Shown: one piece after another, positions 19,308 to 30,500 of the stretch
Position numbering within the stretch: the stretch's first letter is position 1
How the letters are laid out: each line of letters begins with the position of its first letter
Source of the DNA: an uncultured Bacillota bacterium
GTDB taxonomy: Bacteria > Bacillota_I > Bacilli_A > RFN20 > CAG-631
DNA: 64,000 nt
Assembly (NCBI GenBank): GCA_902491575.1
Contig: CABUID010000002.1
Coordinates: 22,360-86,359, forward strand
Reading direction: 5' to 3'
The notes under the pieces: generated by a model
Database searches by the model: none
Seen by the model: the letters and a program-made list of their open reading frames with translations, nothing else
What the model was told of the DNA's origin: nothing
Made by a program: the position numbers and the translations under genes

Positions 19308-20810
19308 ATGGAAAATAATAACCAACCTATTTTGACTTTACAAGAGCAAACAAAAATTAGAATTGAAAAATTAGAAAAATTAAAAGAAAAAGGTGTAAAC
19401 CCATTTGGTTCACGTTTTGATGTTAAAGATAAGATTATTGATATAAAAGCAAAGTATAGCGATAAGACAAAAGAAGAATTAGAAAATGATATTGTTTTTG
19501 CAACAATAGCAGGACGTATTATTACCAAAAGAGATATGGGTAAAATAGCTTTTTGCAATTTGCAAGACCGTGATGGTAATATGCAAATCTATATTCGAAA
19601 AGATGTGATTGGCGAAGAAGCTTATAGTATTTTTAAATTATCTGATATCGGTGATTTAATTGGGGTAACGGGTGAAGTAATGAAAACAAACACTGGAGAG
19701 TTAACAATTAAAGTAACAAATTATACCCATTTGGTTAAAGCTTTACGTCCTTTACCTGAAAAATATCATGGACTTCAAGATGTTGAAGAAAGATATAGAA
19801 GGAGATATGTTGATTTAATTGTGAATGAATCCTCACGTAAAACTGCAATGAATCGTTCACGTATCATCAGAGAAATGCAATCCTATTTTGATTCTTTAGG
19901 ATTCATAGAAGTGGAAACACCTTGTCTTACTGGAATGGTAACAGGTGCAGCAGCACGACCTTTTATTACTCATCATAATGCTTTAGATCGAAATTATTAT
20001 TTACGTATAGCAACAGAATTAAACCTTAAAAGATTACTTGTTGGTGGTTTAGAAAAAGTCTATGAAATTGGTCGCATTTTTAGAAATGAGGGAATGGATA
20101 CAAAGCACTCACCAGAATTTACAACGGTTGAATTATATCAAGCTTATGGCGATTTAAGAAGTATGATGGAATTAACAGAAACATGTTTTAAAAGAATTGC
20201 TTTAAATGTGTTTCATCAGCAAGAAGAATTCAATTGGAATGGTCATACGATTAATATTGCTAAACCTTTTAGCGTCATTTCAATGGTTGATTTAGTAAAA
20301 AATGTTACCGGAATTGATTTTTCAACAATTCATTCTTTTGAAGATGCAAGAAAAATAGCTCAAGAAAAAGGATTATTTGTTCCTGCACACTTTACAGGGG
20401 TAGGACATATTTTAAATTTATTCTTTGAAGAATATTGTGAAGAAACTTTGATTCAACCTACTTTTTTAATTCGTCACCCAATTGAGATATCGCCATTAAC
20501 GAAAGCATGTGAAGATGACCCACGTTATGTTGATCGATTTGAACTTTATATTGCTGGTTGTGAGTTTGCAAATGCATATAGTGAATTAAATGATCCAATA
20601 GACCAAAAAAATAGATTTTTAGAACAATTAAAAGAAAAAAGTCTTGGTAATGATGAAGCTGGAGATATCGATAATGATTTCTTAGAAGCTTTAGAATATG
20701 GTATGCCACCTGCTGGTGGAATAGGAATGGGAATTGATCGAATTGTGATGTTTTTTACAGGTTCTGCGTCTATTCGAGATGTCATCTTATTCCCGTTGAT
20801 GAAGGATTAA
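19308..20810 (+). CDS. lysS: lysyl-tRNA synthetase, class II
   Basis: FRNEG, ELYIAGCEFANAYSELNDP and GGIGMGIDRIVM motifs. GGGAG SD 9 nt upstream of ATG 19308. Confidence 0.93.
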   Translation: MENNNQPILTLQEQTKIRIEKLEKLKEKGVNPFGSRFDVKDKIIDIKAKYSDKTKEELENDIVFATIAGRIITKRDMGKIAFCNLQDRDGNMQIYIRKDVIGEEAYSIFKLSDIGDLIGVTGEVMKTNTGELTIKVTNYTHLVKALRPLPEKYHGLQDVEERYRRRYVDLIVNESSRKTAMNRSRIIREMQSYFDSLGFIEVETPCLTGMVTGAAARPFITHHNALDRNYYLRIATELNLKRLLVGGLEKVYEIGRIFRNEGMDTKHSPEFTTVELYQAYGDLRSMMELTETCFKRIALNVFHQQEEFNWNGHTINIAKPFSVISMVDLVKNVTGIDFSTIHSFEDARKIAQEKGLFVPAHFTGVGHILNLFFEEYCEETLIQPTFLIRHPIEISPLTKACEDDPRYVDRFELYIAGCEFANAYSELNDPIDQKNRFLEQLKEKSLGNDEAGDIDNDFLEALEYGMPPAGGIGMGIDRIVMFFTGSASIRDVILFPLMKD

Positions 20811-20813
20811 ATT

Positions 20814-21764
20814 ATGCTAGAGTATATAACGGCTCGAAAGTATAGACATACGAAGCATTTAATTAATTTGTGGAATAGTGAATTTCGAATAACTTATCCT
20901 ATTAAAAAAGTTTTATTTCGAAAATTTATTTTAGAAGATATAAATTTTAACCAAGATGCTTCTTTTGTTGCCTTATATGATAATGAACCTGTTGGCTTTA
21001 TTTTTATTAAAACTTGGATTGATGAATCAGGATTGGCAAATGAGAATGATGCTGCTCATATTTCTTTAATATTTGTTAAAAAGGAAATGAGAAATATGGG
21101 AATTGGAAGTGATTTATTACAATTAGCTATATCCGAATTGAAACAATATCGTAATATTAATACTTTAGTTGTAGGCAATGAAATGAATCGAATTTTTTCG
21201 GGTATTCCAAGTGAGTTAAATAGTGCTGCCATCTTTTTTGTGAATAAAAATTTTATTCAAAAAGAAGCTGTTGTGGATATGATAAGAGTGGCGAGAAATG
21301 ATAAAATTGAGACACTATCCAATAATGAATTGAATATCAGTATTGCCACAGAAGATGAAAAAGATGAAATATTGCAACTTTGTGTGAAAAATGGATGGAA
21401 AAGAGAAGCTTATCTCGTAAATCAATACTATGAAAAAGGTGGCTCAGGACGAAGAATTGTTACAGGTAGAGTAGATAACAAAATTGTTTCATTTGTTCGT
21501 TTTAATGATGAAAATCGAATGCCTTTTAAAGCAAGTACTTTTGATAATGATAAGAAAATAGGAAGTATTAATTTTGTAAAAGTTGATTCAAATTATCAAG
21601 ATAGAAATTTTGATGTATTGATGAATAAAGCAGCAAAGAATTATTTATTAAAAAGAGGATGTAAGAAGATTATTATTTTAGCTACTAAAGATGTAAAATT
21701 TTATAAATCTTTAGGTTTTAGTGCCTATAAATATTATCTTCAATTTGAACTACCTTTAAATTAG
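20814..21764 (+). CDS. GNAT-family N-acetyltransferase (two-lobed)
   Basis: Acetyl-CoA-binding motif RNMGIGSDLL within a GNAT-like fold pattern. Confidence 0.6.
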   Translation: MLEYITARKYRHTKHLINLWNSEFRITYPIKKVLFRKFILEDINFNQDASFVALYDNEPVGFIFIKTWIDESGLANENDAAHISLIFVKKEMRNMGIGSDLLQLAISELKQYRNINTLVVGNEMNRIFSGIPSELNSAAIFFVNKNFIQKEAVVDMIRVARNDKIETLSNNELNISIATEDEKDEILQLCVKNGWKREAYLVNQYYEKGGSGRRIVTGRVDNKIVSFVRFNDENRMPFKASTFDNDKKIGSINFVKVDSNYQDRNFDVLMNKAAKNYLLKRGCKKIIILATKDVKFYKSLGFSAYKYYLQFELPLN

Positions 21765-21778
21765 AAAGGAAAGAAAAT

Positions 21779-22411
21779 ATGGAATATCAAGCAATTGTCC
21801 TTGGAGCAGGAAATTCTACTCGATCAGGTTTGAAATATAATAAAGTATTATTTGAAGTAAATAATATACCCATTATTTATTTATCGACGAAAGCTTTTAT
21901 CGATGATTTGGCTTGTAAGAAAATAATTTTAGTTTGTAAAGAACAAGATTATAACGACATGAAAAAAATCTTTAAAGATGTCGATAAAATAGAATATGTT
22001 ATAGGAGGACAAACTCGTCAAGAGTCTGTTGCAAATGCTTTAGATAAAGTCGACGAAGATTATGTTTTAATTCATGATGGAGCAAGACCTTATTTTACAC
22101 CAATTTTATTAAATCGTTTAATTGCAAAATTAAAAGATTGCGATGTGGTTATTCCTGTTTGGTCCATGACCGATACAATTAAAGTTGTAAGGGATAATGT
22201 AGTCGTTAAAACATTAAAAAGAGATGAATTAAAACGTGTTCAAACGCCTCAAGCATTTAAAACCTCCATTATTAAAAAAGCTCATCAATTAGCAAAAAAT
22301 AAGAATTATACAGATGATTCAGCAATGATTGAAGATTTGCTAGATACTAAAATTCATACGATTGATGGTGAATATACCAATATTAAATTTACATTTAAAG
22401 AAGATTTTTAG
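21779..22411 (+). CDS. ispD: 2-C-methyl-D-erythritol 4-phosphate cytidylyltransferase
   Basis: AIVLGAGNSTR, VLIHDGARP and VQTPQAF motifs. Confidence 0.8.
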   Translation: MEYQAIVLGAGNSTRSGLKYNKVLFEVNNIPIIYLSTKAFIDDLACKKIILVCKEQDYNDMKKIFKDVDKIEYVIGGQTRQESVANALDKVDEDYVLIHDGARPYFTPILLNRLIAKLKDCDVVIPVWSMTDTIKVVRDNVVVKTLKRDELKRVQTPQAFKTSIIKKAHQLAKNKNYTDDSAMIEDLLDTKIHTIDGEYTNIKFTFKEDF

Positions 22412-22423
22412 GAGTTGATGAAT

Positions 22424-23875
22424 ATGAAAAAATTTGCAAAAGTTTTATCTTCTCCCAATTTAAAACTAGCAGCAATAAGAAATAAGGATGTTTTACCAAA
22501 ATACCAGTACAATAGCGTCGTGATTGATGAAGATATAGCCAATATTGGAGTGAATCGAAAGTATTTTATTCGTACTTATGGTTGTCAGGGAAATTTAAGA
22601 GATTCTGAAATTATAGCGGGCATTTTAGAAAAATTACACTATCAAGCAAGTAATGATATTCAAGATGCAGATATAATTATTTTAAATACATGTTGTGTTC
22701 GGGAAAATGCAGAAAAAAAAGTATTTGGTGAAATAGGAACTTTAAAAAGTTTAAAGCAAAATCATCCAGAATTGATTATAGGAGTTTGCGGATGTATGGT
22801 TCAGCAAGAACATATCGTATCTACTTTATTAAATCAATATCCACAAGTGGATTTAATTTTTGGCACACACAATATTTATCAATTGCCTTCTTTAATTAAA
22901 GAAACGATTTTAAGCAATCAAAGAATTTGCAACGTTTTATCCAATCAAGGAGATATACAAGAAGATTTGCCTTCTTGTCGTGCTTCCAGTTTTAAAGCAT
23001 GGGTAAATATTATGTATGGTTGTAATAAGTTTTGTACTTATTGTATTGTTCCATATACAAGAGGTAAAGAAAGAAGTCGTAAATCTATTGATATTTTAAA
23101 TGAAGTCAAAGCATTAAAAGAATTAGGTTATAAAGAAATTACTTTGCTTGGTCAAAATGTAAATGCCTATGGTAAAGACATTGATGATTTATCTTTTGCT
23201 CAATTAATGGAACAAGTAGCTTTAACAGGTATAGAAAGAATTCGGTTTACAACTTCTCATCCATGGGATTTTAGTGATGAATTAATTGACGTCATTGCGA
23301 AATATCCAAATATAATGAATCATATTCAACTTCCAGTTCAATCTGGAGATGATGGCATTTTAAAATTAATGGGTCGAAGATATAATCGTGAACAATATCT
23401 TCATTTAGTAGAAAAAATACGAAATAAAATACCAGATGTAGCTTTGACAACGGATATTATTGTTGGTTTTCCTAATGAAACGGAAGAAGCATTTGAAAAC
23501 ACTTTATCTTTATGTGAAAAAGTGAAATACGATAGTGCTTTCACTTTTATTTATTCACCACGTGTAGGGACTCCAGCAGCTAAAATGAAAGATAATATTT
23601 CGATGGACATAAAAAAACTAAGGTTTAATCGATTAACGGCTTTAATTGCCAAATATGAATTAGAAAAATACAAAACTTATGAAAATAAAATTGTCAAAGT
23701 ATTAATAGAAGGACCATCAAAGAAAAACCCAGAGATTTTATCGGGTTATACAGAAGATATGAAATTAGTTAATTTTAAAGGAAAAAAAGAAGACATTGGT
23801 CAAATTGTAAAGGTCAAAATAATCAAAGCAAAAACTTACACACTAGAAGGAGAACAAGTTGAAGAAAACAGCTAA
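22424..23875 (+). CDS. miaB: tRNA (i6A37) methylthiotransferase, radical SAM
   Basis: UPF0004 N-domain (FIRTYGCQGN), radical-SAM cluster CNKFCTYC, C-terminal TRAM-like domain. AGGAG SD 9 nt upstream of ATG 22424. Confidence 0.88.
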   Translation: MKKFAKVLSSPNLKLAAIRNKDVLPKYQYNSVVIDEDIANIGVNRKYFIRTYGCQGNLRDSEIIAGILEKLHYQASNDIQDADIIILNTCCVRENAEKKVFGEIGTLKSLKQNHPELIIGVCGCMVQQEHIVSTLLNQYPQVDLIFGTHNIYQLPSLIKETILSNQRICNVLSNQGDIQEDLPSCRASSFKAWVNIMYGCNKFCTYCIVPYTRGKERSRKSIDILNEVKALKELGYKEITLLGQNVNAYGKDIDDLSFAQLMEQVALTGIERIRFTTSHPWDFSDELIDVIAKYPNIMNHIQLPVQSGDDGILKLMGRRYNREQYLHLVEKIRNKIPDVALTTDIIVGFPNETEEAFENTLSLCEKVKYDSAFTFIYSPRVGTPAAKMKDNISMDIKKLRFNRLTALIAKYELEKYKTYENKIVKVLIEGPSKKNPEILSGYTEDMKLVNFKGKKEDIGQIVKVKIIKAKTYTLEGEQVEENS

Positions 23876-24173
23876 AGAATTAAATGATGAATTAAAAAAA
23901 ACAAATGAAGCTCAACAATATTTTGCATTAAAAGAAGCCTTGAAAAAAGATGAATATGTTTTATCTTTATTACAAGTTATACAACAAACACAAAAAGAAG
24001 CAAAAGAGTGTTTAAAAGAAAATGATATGGAAAATTATAAAATAAAAAAACAAACTTTAAATATTTTACAGGATGAATTTATTCGCCATCCTTTAATTCA
24101 TAATTATATAATATGTAAACATGATCTTTTTGAAATATTGGAACAAATTGTCCATATATTAAGTGACAATTAA
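23859..24173 (+). CDS. YlbF/YmcA (RicA)-like small helical protein
   Basis: 104-aa helical protein immediately after miaB, as ymcA is in Bacillus. TTG start overlaps the miaB end. Similarity was judged by eye only. Confidence 0.5.
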   Translation: MKKTAKELNDELKKTNEAQQYFALKEALKKDEYVLSLLQVIQQTQKEAKECLKENDMENYKIKKQTLNILQDEFIRHPLIHNYIICKHDLFEILEQIVHILSDN

Positions 24174-24184
24174 AGGAGAATAAG

Positions 24185-26554
24185 ATGAAAAAAAAGTTAA
24201 GATATTTCCTCTTTTTAATCTCATTATGCATTCCTTTTTTGGGTTTTAGTAGACTCAATGTTAATGCAGCGGCTAATGATATTGTAGCACCATCTCCGAC
24301 TTATTTATCTGAAAATGAAAATGTTGAGGCTTTTTATACTTCCTCAGAAAATGGAAGTATAGAAGGTTTGAAGAATCAAGAATTGCTTGAAAGACTAGCC
24401 AGCCTATTAAGTGAAAAGCATCGTTATTATACTACTTATGGTGAATGCAGAGGTGCACTCGCTTTTTCTGATGAAGATTTAAATGATGAAAATGCTATTC
24501 GTTTATTCTATGCTGGCATACCTTTTTCTAATGTTTGGGGAAGTGGTTATAATTATAATAGAGAGCATGTCTGGTGTAAAAGTCTTTCAGGAGGATTATA
24601 TACAAGCGTTAATAATACAACGCGAAATGCTGGAAGTGATATTCATCAAATAAAACCTTCTATACCTGCTATAAATAGTTCAAGAAATAATTATCCTTAC
24701 GCTGATTTGAATCATCAAGGAACTGAAATTGAATATCAAAATCAAAAAACAGGTAATTATTTTGCTAATGAAACTTTTGAGCCAAGAGAGGAAATTAAAG
24801 GAGACATTGCTCGAATATTGATGTATATGTATACACATTATTCAACGGAAGTAAAACATTCAACAACAGGAAAGAATGGAAATTTAAGTATTACAAATAT
24901 AGTTTATACACCAACTCAATCTCCTCAGGATGCATGGGATTTACTTTTATATTGGAATCAAATTGATCCTGTGGATGAATTTGAAATGAATCGTAATCAA
25001 TATTGTGCTTCCATAACAGGTGTTCGTAATCCTTTTATTGATCATCCAGAATTTGCTATAATGATTTGGGATGAAAATTATAATGGCAACGGTGCTTTAC
25101 TTGATGAAGATTTTTTCACTTTAAAAGAGACAAAAATAACTTTATCTTTAAACCATACATATCAAATCGAAACAAGTATGGAAATCGATTCTTCTTTATT
25201 TTCTTATACTTCTTCCGATGAGACGATAGCAACTGTCACCTCTTCAGGTAAGATAGAAGCTAAAAAGACAGGACAAGTCAATATATTGGTTTCTTATAAA
25301 AATTATACTCAAATGTTATCCGTCAATATTATCGATGAACAACAACAATTTACCATTCATTTTTATTTAAATGATGAAGCAAATCAGCTTTTAGATACAA
25401 AAATCATACAATATGGCGATAATTTATTCAAACCAAATAATCCAAAACGTACTGGTTATGATTTTTTATATTGGTCTACTTCAAAAGAAGGTAATAAAGC
25501 TTATGATTTTTCTAAAAGCATTACTTCTTCTTTTGACTTATACGCTATTTGGCAAATATCGGCTTTATGGAAAAAAGTAAGTAATACGGATGAATTATCT
25601 TTAAATCAAACTTATATTATTGTGGCTACAAATTATCCAAAAGCATTAAGTACCTCTCAAAATACGAATAATCGTGTGGCGGTCGAAATAGAAAAAATAT
25701 CGGATGATACATTAAAAGTGAATGATCAAGTACAAATGATACAATTATCGAATGGAATACAAGAAAACACCTATTCTTTTAGGGTTCAAAATGAGTATTT
25801 ATATGCTGCTGGTGGAACGAATAATAATTATTTAAGAACTCAATCTACATTAACAATGCAAAGTAGTTTTCATATTGAAATTAGTGAGAAAGGTAATGCT
25901 AGTATTGTTTGTGCAGATGAGGCCACTACAAGAAATACGCTTCGCTATAATGCAGCCAATGATTTGTTTTCTTGCTATTTAAGTACAAATAGTCAATATG
26001 ATGTTTGTTTATATCAGTTAATTCAATCAAATGATATTTCTTTTCAAATGCAAATGCAACTGGCGTTTAAAGCCAATTGGGATAAAGAAAACTTTTCAAA
26101 TTTTAGTCAATATCAAATTATTTTTGAATCTTATTTATCTTCCATTGATGAGAATATGAGTTTTGGTTGTATATATATTCTAAATAGTAATTTAAAACAA
26201 AATGGTTATCATTATTTTGAAGAGGTTTATGAAGATCAACAAGAAAATATAAATCTAGCAATAGATAAGGTACAGGCTATTGAAAATTCCATTGATTTGC
26301 AAAAAATAGAAAATCAATTTAAATTACAATTTAAACTCGAAGATATCCGTCAATCGAGTGAGATTTATTCAATTGTTTTTTATGCAAGGGAAATGGATTC
26401 CAATCAATATTTCTTTTCTAGTCAAATCGATATTTCTTTAGAAAAGATTGTGGATATTTATTTAGAAAATGAAAGTTTATTGGATACTTTTGAAAATAAA
26501 GAAAAAATTTTATTCGCATTAGCACAAATAAAAGAAGAATTTGCAATGGCTTGA
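24185..26554 (+). CDS. secreted multidomain nuclease: endonuclease I domain, Ig-like (Big_2-like) domain, Listeria-Bacteroides-type repeat and an uncharacterised C-terminal region
   Basis: Signal peptide. Endonuclease I strings NREHVWCKS, DIHQIKPS, GVRNPFIDHPEF. Repeat string GYDFLYWSTSKEG. Confidence 0.7.
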   Translation: MKKKLRYFLFLISLCIPFLGFSRLNVNAAANDIVAPSPTYLSENENVEAFYTSSENGSIEGLKNQELLERLASLLSEKHRYYTTYGECRGALAFSDEDLNDENAIRLFYAGIPFSNVWGSGYNYNREHVWCKSLSGGLYTSVNNTTRNAGSDIHQIKPSIPAINSSRNNYPYADLNHQGTEIEYQNQKTGNYFANETFEPREEIKGDIARILMYMYTHYSTEVKHSTTGKNGNLSITNIVYTPTQSPQDAWDLLLYWNQIDPVDEFEMNRNQYCASITGVRNPFIDHPEFAIMIWDENYNGNGALLDEDFFTLKETKITLSLNHTYQIETSMEIDSSLFSYTSSDETIATVTSSGKIEAKKTGQVNILVSYKNYTQMLSVNIIDEQQQFTIHFYLNDEANQLLDTKIIQYGDNLFKPNNPKRTGYDFLYWSTSKEGNKAYDFSKSITSSFDLYAIWQISALWKKVSNTDELSLNQTYIIVATNYPKALSTSQNTNNRVAVEIEKISDDTLKVNDQVQMIQLSNGIQENTYSFRVQNEYLYAAGGTNNNYLRTQSTLTMQSSFHIEISEKGNASIVCADEATTRNTLRYNAANDLFSCYLSTNSQYDVCLYQLIQSNDISFQMQMQLAFKANWDKENFSNFSQYQIIFESYLSSIDENMSFGCIYILNSNLKQNGYHYFEEVYEDQQENINLAIDKVQAIENSIDLQKIENQFKLQFKLEDIRQSSEIYSIVFYAREMDSNQYFFSSQIDISLEKIVDIYLENESLLDTFENKEKILFALAQIKEEFAMA

Positions 26555-26584
26555 CAATTTATAGAATTAACTTTTTAAATTTTA

Positions 26585-26614
26585 TTGACATTAAATCTTG
26601 ATAGGTGATAGAAT
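26585..26614 (+). promoter_or_regulatory. pyrG promoter
   Basis: TTGACA (26585-26590), 18-nt spacer, TGaTAGAAT extended -10 (26606-26614). Confidence 0.6.
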
Positions 26615-26652
26615 AAAAACGTTTTAAAATGATGAATTGAACCAAATAGAAT

Positions 26653-26701
26653 AAGCGTTTTTAGCAAATGATGATTTGTTAAAAAAAAACGCTTTTTTTT
26701 A
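26653..26701 (+). terminator. leader terminator (attenuator) upstream of pyrG
   Basis: AAGCGTTTTT...AAAAACGCTT stem followed by TTTTTTT, located between the promoter and the pyrG SD. Confidence 0.6.
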
Positions 26702-26726
26702 TTGGAAGATAAGAAAGAGGTAGACT

Positions 26727-28331
26727 ATGAAATACATATTTGTTACAGGTGGAGTGGTTTCTGGATTAGGAAAAGGAATTGTCGCAGCGTCTTTAGGAAG
26801 GCTTTTAAAAAATCGAGGTTTAAAAGTAGCGGCACAAAAGTTTGATCCTTATATGAATATTGACCCTGGAACAATGAATCCTATACAACATGGAGAAGTC
26901 TTTGTAACAGAAGATGGTGCAGAAACAGATTTGGATTTAGGTCACTATGAAAGATTTATTGACGAGAACTTAACAAAGTATTCTAATTTAACAAGTGGAA
27001 AAGTATACTGGAAAGTTTTAAATAAAGAAAGAAATGGAGAATATAATGGTCAAACTGTACAAATTATTCCTCATGTTACCAATGAAATAAAGTATTTTAT
27101 TAAAAAAAATGCAGAAGTAACACAAGCCGATATTATGATTACTGAAATTGGTGGGACGATTGGTGATATTGAAAGTCAACCATTTTTAGAAGCTATCCGT
27201 CAATTTGCATTGGATGTAGGTCGAAAAAATTGTCTTTTTATACATGTTTGTTTAGTCCCGTTCATTGCAGGTTCAAATGAATACAAATCAAAACCAACAC
27301 AACATTCTGTAAAGGAATTACAATCAAATGGTATTCATCCAGATATGATTATTGTGCGTTCTGAACAAGATTGTGGTGAATCAATTCGAAAAAAAATAGC
27401 CCTATTTTGTAATGTAGAAGAAAATTGTGTTATTCAAAATTCAACGATGGATTGTTTGTACGAAGTTCCATTAATGCTTCATCAAAATAAATTGGATGAA
27501 ATCGTATGTGATAAGTTTCAGATTCATAAAGATTGTGACTTGAGACTTTGGGAAAAAATGATTCAAGACATACATTCCAGAAAAGGAAAAGTTTTAATAG
27601 GTATTGTCGGAAAATATGTTACTTTACATGATTCTTATTTATCCGTTGTAGAAGCTTTAAATCATGCGTCTTATGCCCATCATATTCATGTTGAAATTAA
27701 ATGGATTGATAGCGAAACAATAAATGAAAATACAAAAGAAGAAATGTTTAAAGAAGTAGATGGTATCCTTATTCCAGGAGGCTTTGGAATTAGAGGAATA
27801 GATGGAATGATACAAGCATGTCAATATGCAAGAGAGAAAAAAATTCCTTATTTTGGGATTTGTTTAGGCATGCAAATTGCCGTGATTGAATTTGCTAGAA
27901 ACGTAGCTGGTATTCAAGATGCAACAAGTGGCGAATTTTCAAATTATGGATCAAAAGTGATTGATATTTTAGAAGATAAAGTAAATCAAAAATTAGGAGG
28001 TACAATGAGACTTGGAGCTTATTCATGTAACATTGAAAAAGGAAGTAAAATATATTTATCTTATCAAAAAGAACAAATTGAAGAAAGACACCGTCACCGT
28101 TATGAATTTAATAATCAATATAGAGAAAGTTTAATACAAAAAGGTTTATGGATTACTGGAACTTCTATGAATCAGCAAATAGTAGAAACGATTGAAATGA
28201 AAAATCATCCATTTTTTATTGGTGTTCAATTTCATCCTGAATTTAAAAGTAGACCGAATCGAGCACATCCACTATTTTATCAATTTATAAAAGAATCCAT
28301 AGAAAATAAAAAAAGGAGGGATAACCGATGA
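26727..28331 (+). CDS. pyrG: CTP synthase
   Basis: [18 protein letters not shown]-terminus. GATase motif GICLGMQ and HRHRYE. Confidence 0.95.
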   Translation: MKYIFVTGGVVSGLGKGIVAASLGRLLKNRGLKVAAQKFDPYMNIDPGTMNPIQHGEVFVTEDGAETDLDLGHYERFIDENLTKYSNLTSGKVYWKVLNKERNGEYNGQTVQIIPHVTNEIKYFIKKNAEVTQADIMITEIGGTIGDIESQPFLEAIRQFALDVGRKNCLFIHVCLVPFIAGSNEYKSKPTQHSVKELQSNGIHPDMIIVRSEQDCGESIRKKIALFCNVEENCVIQNSTMDCLYEVPLMLHQNKLDEIVCDKFQIHKDCDLRLWEKMIQDIHSRKGKVLIGIVGKYVTLHDSYLSVVEALNHASYAHHIHVEIKWIDSETINENTKEEMFKEVDGILIPGGFGIRGIDGMIQACQYAREKKIPYFGICLGMQIAVIEFARNVAGIQDATSGEFSNYGSKVIDILEDKVNQKLGGTMRLGAYSCNIEKGSKIYLSYQKEQIEERHRHRYEFNNQYRESLIQKGLWITGTSMNQQIVETIEMKNHPFFIGVQFHPEFKSRPNRAHPLFYQFIKESIENKKRRDNR

Positions 28332-30415
28332 AAAATAAGATTTTAGATATTTTTGCAGAGGATGTTTTTACAGAAAACTTAATGAAAAAGTATTTATCCA
28401 ATAAAATTTATAAGCAATATAAAATGCTCATTCAGCAAAGAAAACCATTAACCCTTGAAGTGGCAGATGAAATGGCTCAGAAAATTAGACAATGGGCTAT
28501 GGCTAAAGGAGCTACTCATTTTGCACATTGGTTTCAACCAATGACAGGGATAACGGCCGAAAAGCATGATAGTTTTTTAGATAAAGATTTAAATAATCAA
28601 CCGATAAGTATTTTTACAGGAAGATCTTTAATTAAAGGTGAGCCTGATGCTAGTTCTTTTCCTAGTGGAGGAATTAGAACAACTTTTGAAGCCAGAGGAT
28701 ATACGGTATGGGATCCCACTTCTTATGTTTTTATTTTAAATCGAACGCTTTATATTCCTACTGCTTTTTGTGCATATAGTGGTGAGGCTTTGGATAAAAA
28801 AACACCTTTATTAAAAAGTATAGAAGTCTTAAATCATCATGCTAAAAGAGTATTGAAAATCTTAGACTTTGAAGAAAAAGATGTTTTTGCAACAGTCGGA
28901 ACGGAACAAGAATATTTTTTAATTGATAAATCAATCTATGAATCTAGACCTGATTTAATGATTTGCGGGAGAACATTATTTGGCAATAAACCAGTGATTG
29001 GGCAAGAAATGGATAATCATTATTTTGGTAAAATAAAAAGTAGAGTAGTTTCTTATATGGCTGCGTTAAATAAAAAATTGTGGAGTCTAGGAATTTATTC
29101 AAAAACAGAACATAATGAAGTTGCACCCGCTCAACATGAACTAGCTTCTGTCTATACATATGCCAATGTTGCAACAGATAATAATCAATTAGTAATGGCT
29201 CTTATGAAGCAAATTGCTACAGAATTTGATATGGTTTGTTTACTTCATGAAAAACCATTTGAATATATTAATGGAAGTGGAAAACATAATAATTGGTCTT
29301 TAGCAACTCAAAATGAAAACTTACTAGAACCGGGGAAAAATCCTAAAAATAATTTAAGATTTTTGTTATTTTTAGTAGCCATTATTAAAGCTGTAGACCA
29401 ATATAGTGATTTATTAAGAATTTCTGTTGCCAGTGCAAGCAACGATCATCGTTTAGGAACTCATGAAGCCCCTCCAGCAATTGTTTCTATCTTTTTGGGG
29501 GACGAATTAACGAAAATTTTAGATTCTATCGAAGAGGGAAAAGATTATCACGGAAAGATTAAAGAAAAACTGAGTTTAAAAGTACCATTTATCCCTTTAT
29601 TAACGAAAGACACAACAGACCGTAACCGCACATCCCCTTTTGCCTTTACGGGAAACAAGTTTGAATTGAGAATGGTCGGATCAAAACAGTCGATTGCAGA
29701 TCCTAATATGGTATTAAATACGATAGTAGCTAGTGTTTTAGATGAATTTGCAAATCGTTTAGAAAATGCCGAAAATGTTCAAGAATGTATTTTAGATTTA
29801 ATCAAAAATGAATATAAAATACATAAAAAAATTATTTATAATGGAAATGGTTATTCTTTAGAATGGTTAGAAGAAGCTAAAAATAGAGGACTTTTGAATT
29901 TAAAAGATACGATGGAAGCGTTAGATCATCTTTTAGATAAGAAAAACATTGATTTATTTGAAAAATACGATATCTTTACGGAAAGAGAATTAAGAGCAAG
30001 ATATGATATTTTATTAGAAAACTACTACAAAACAATTTATATAGAAGCTGAAACAATGATGGAAATGTTACATCGTTTACTTCTTCCAGGTATATTTGAG
30101 TATAAAAATGTTTTAGCAACGGAAATTCTTCACTTAAATGAATTGCATATAAAAACAAATTTAGAAAAAGAAAAATTAGAGATAATCACTAATTTATGCG
30201 ATAAAATCCATTATCATGAGAATTTATTAACAAAATTTATTCATAAATGTAATCAATTATATACAGATTATGAAAAAGCTACTTTTTGTCATGAATCGAT
30301 TTTACCAGCTATGAACCATCTACGTAAGGTAGTAGATCAGTTAGAAATTCATGTTGCTAAGAAGTATTGGAATGTTCCTTCTTATTTTGATATGCTCTAT
30401 AGTATTAAGTATTAA
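28328..30415 (+). CDS. glnN: glutamine synthetase type III
   Basis: ~695 aa. GSIII-type N-terminus ([13 protein letters not shown]). Catalytic core strings [10 protein letters not shown] and [12 protein letters not shown] overlap with the pyrG stop. Confidence 0.85.
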   Translation: MKNKILDIFAEDVFTENLMKKYLSNKIYKQYKMLIQQRKPLTLEVADEMAQKIRQWAMAKGATHFAHWFQPMTGITAEKHDSFLDKDLNNQPISIFTGRSLIKGEPDASSFPSGGIRTTFEARGYTVWDPTSYVFILNRTLYIPTAFCAYSGEALDKKTPLLKSIEVLNHHAKRVLKILDFEEKDVFATVGTEQEYFLIDKSIYESRPDLMICGRTLFGNKPVIGQEMDNHYFGKIKSRVVSYMAALNKKLWSLGIYSKTEHNEVAPAQHELASVYTYANVATDNNQLVMALMKQIATEFDMVCLLHEKPFEYINGSGKHNNWSLATQNENLLEPGKNPKNNLRFLLFLVAIIKAVDQYSDLLRISVASASNDHRLGTHEAPPAIVSIFLGDELTKILDSIEEGKDYHGKIKEKLSLKVPFIPLLTKDTTDRNRTSPFAFTGNKFELRMVGSKQSIADPNMVLNTIVASVLDEFANRLENAENVQECILDLIKNEYKIHKKIIYNGNGYSLEWLEEAKNRGLLNLKDTMEALDHLLDKKNIDLFEKYDIFTERELRARYDILLENYYKTIYIEAETMMEMLHRLLLPGIFEYKNVLATEILHLNELHIKTNLEKEKLEIITNLCDKIHYHENLLTKFIHKCNQLYTDYEKATFCHESILPAMNHLRKVVDQLEIHVAKKYWNVPSYFDMLYSIKY

Positions 30416-30500
30416 AAAAGCATCTTAACACAAAAAATAAAAAAAATAATTTTATTTGAGGTTCAAATTGAGTATAATGCTACTATAAGGGGTGATAAAA

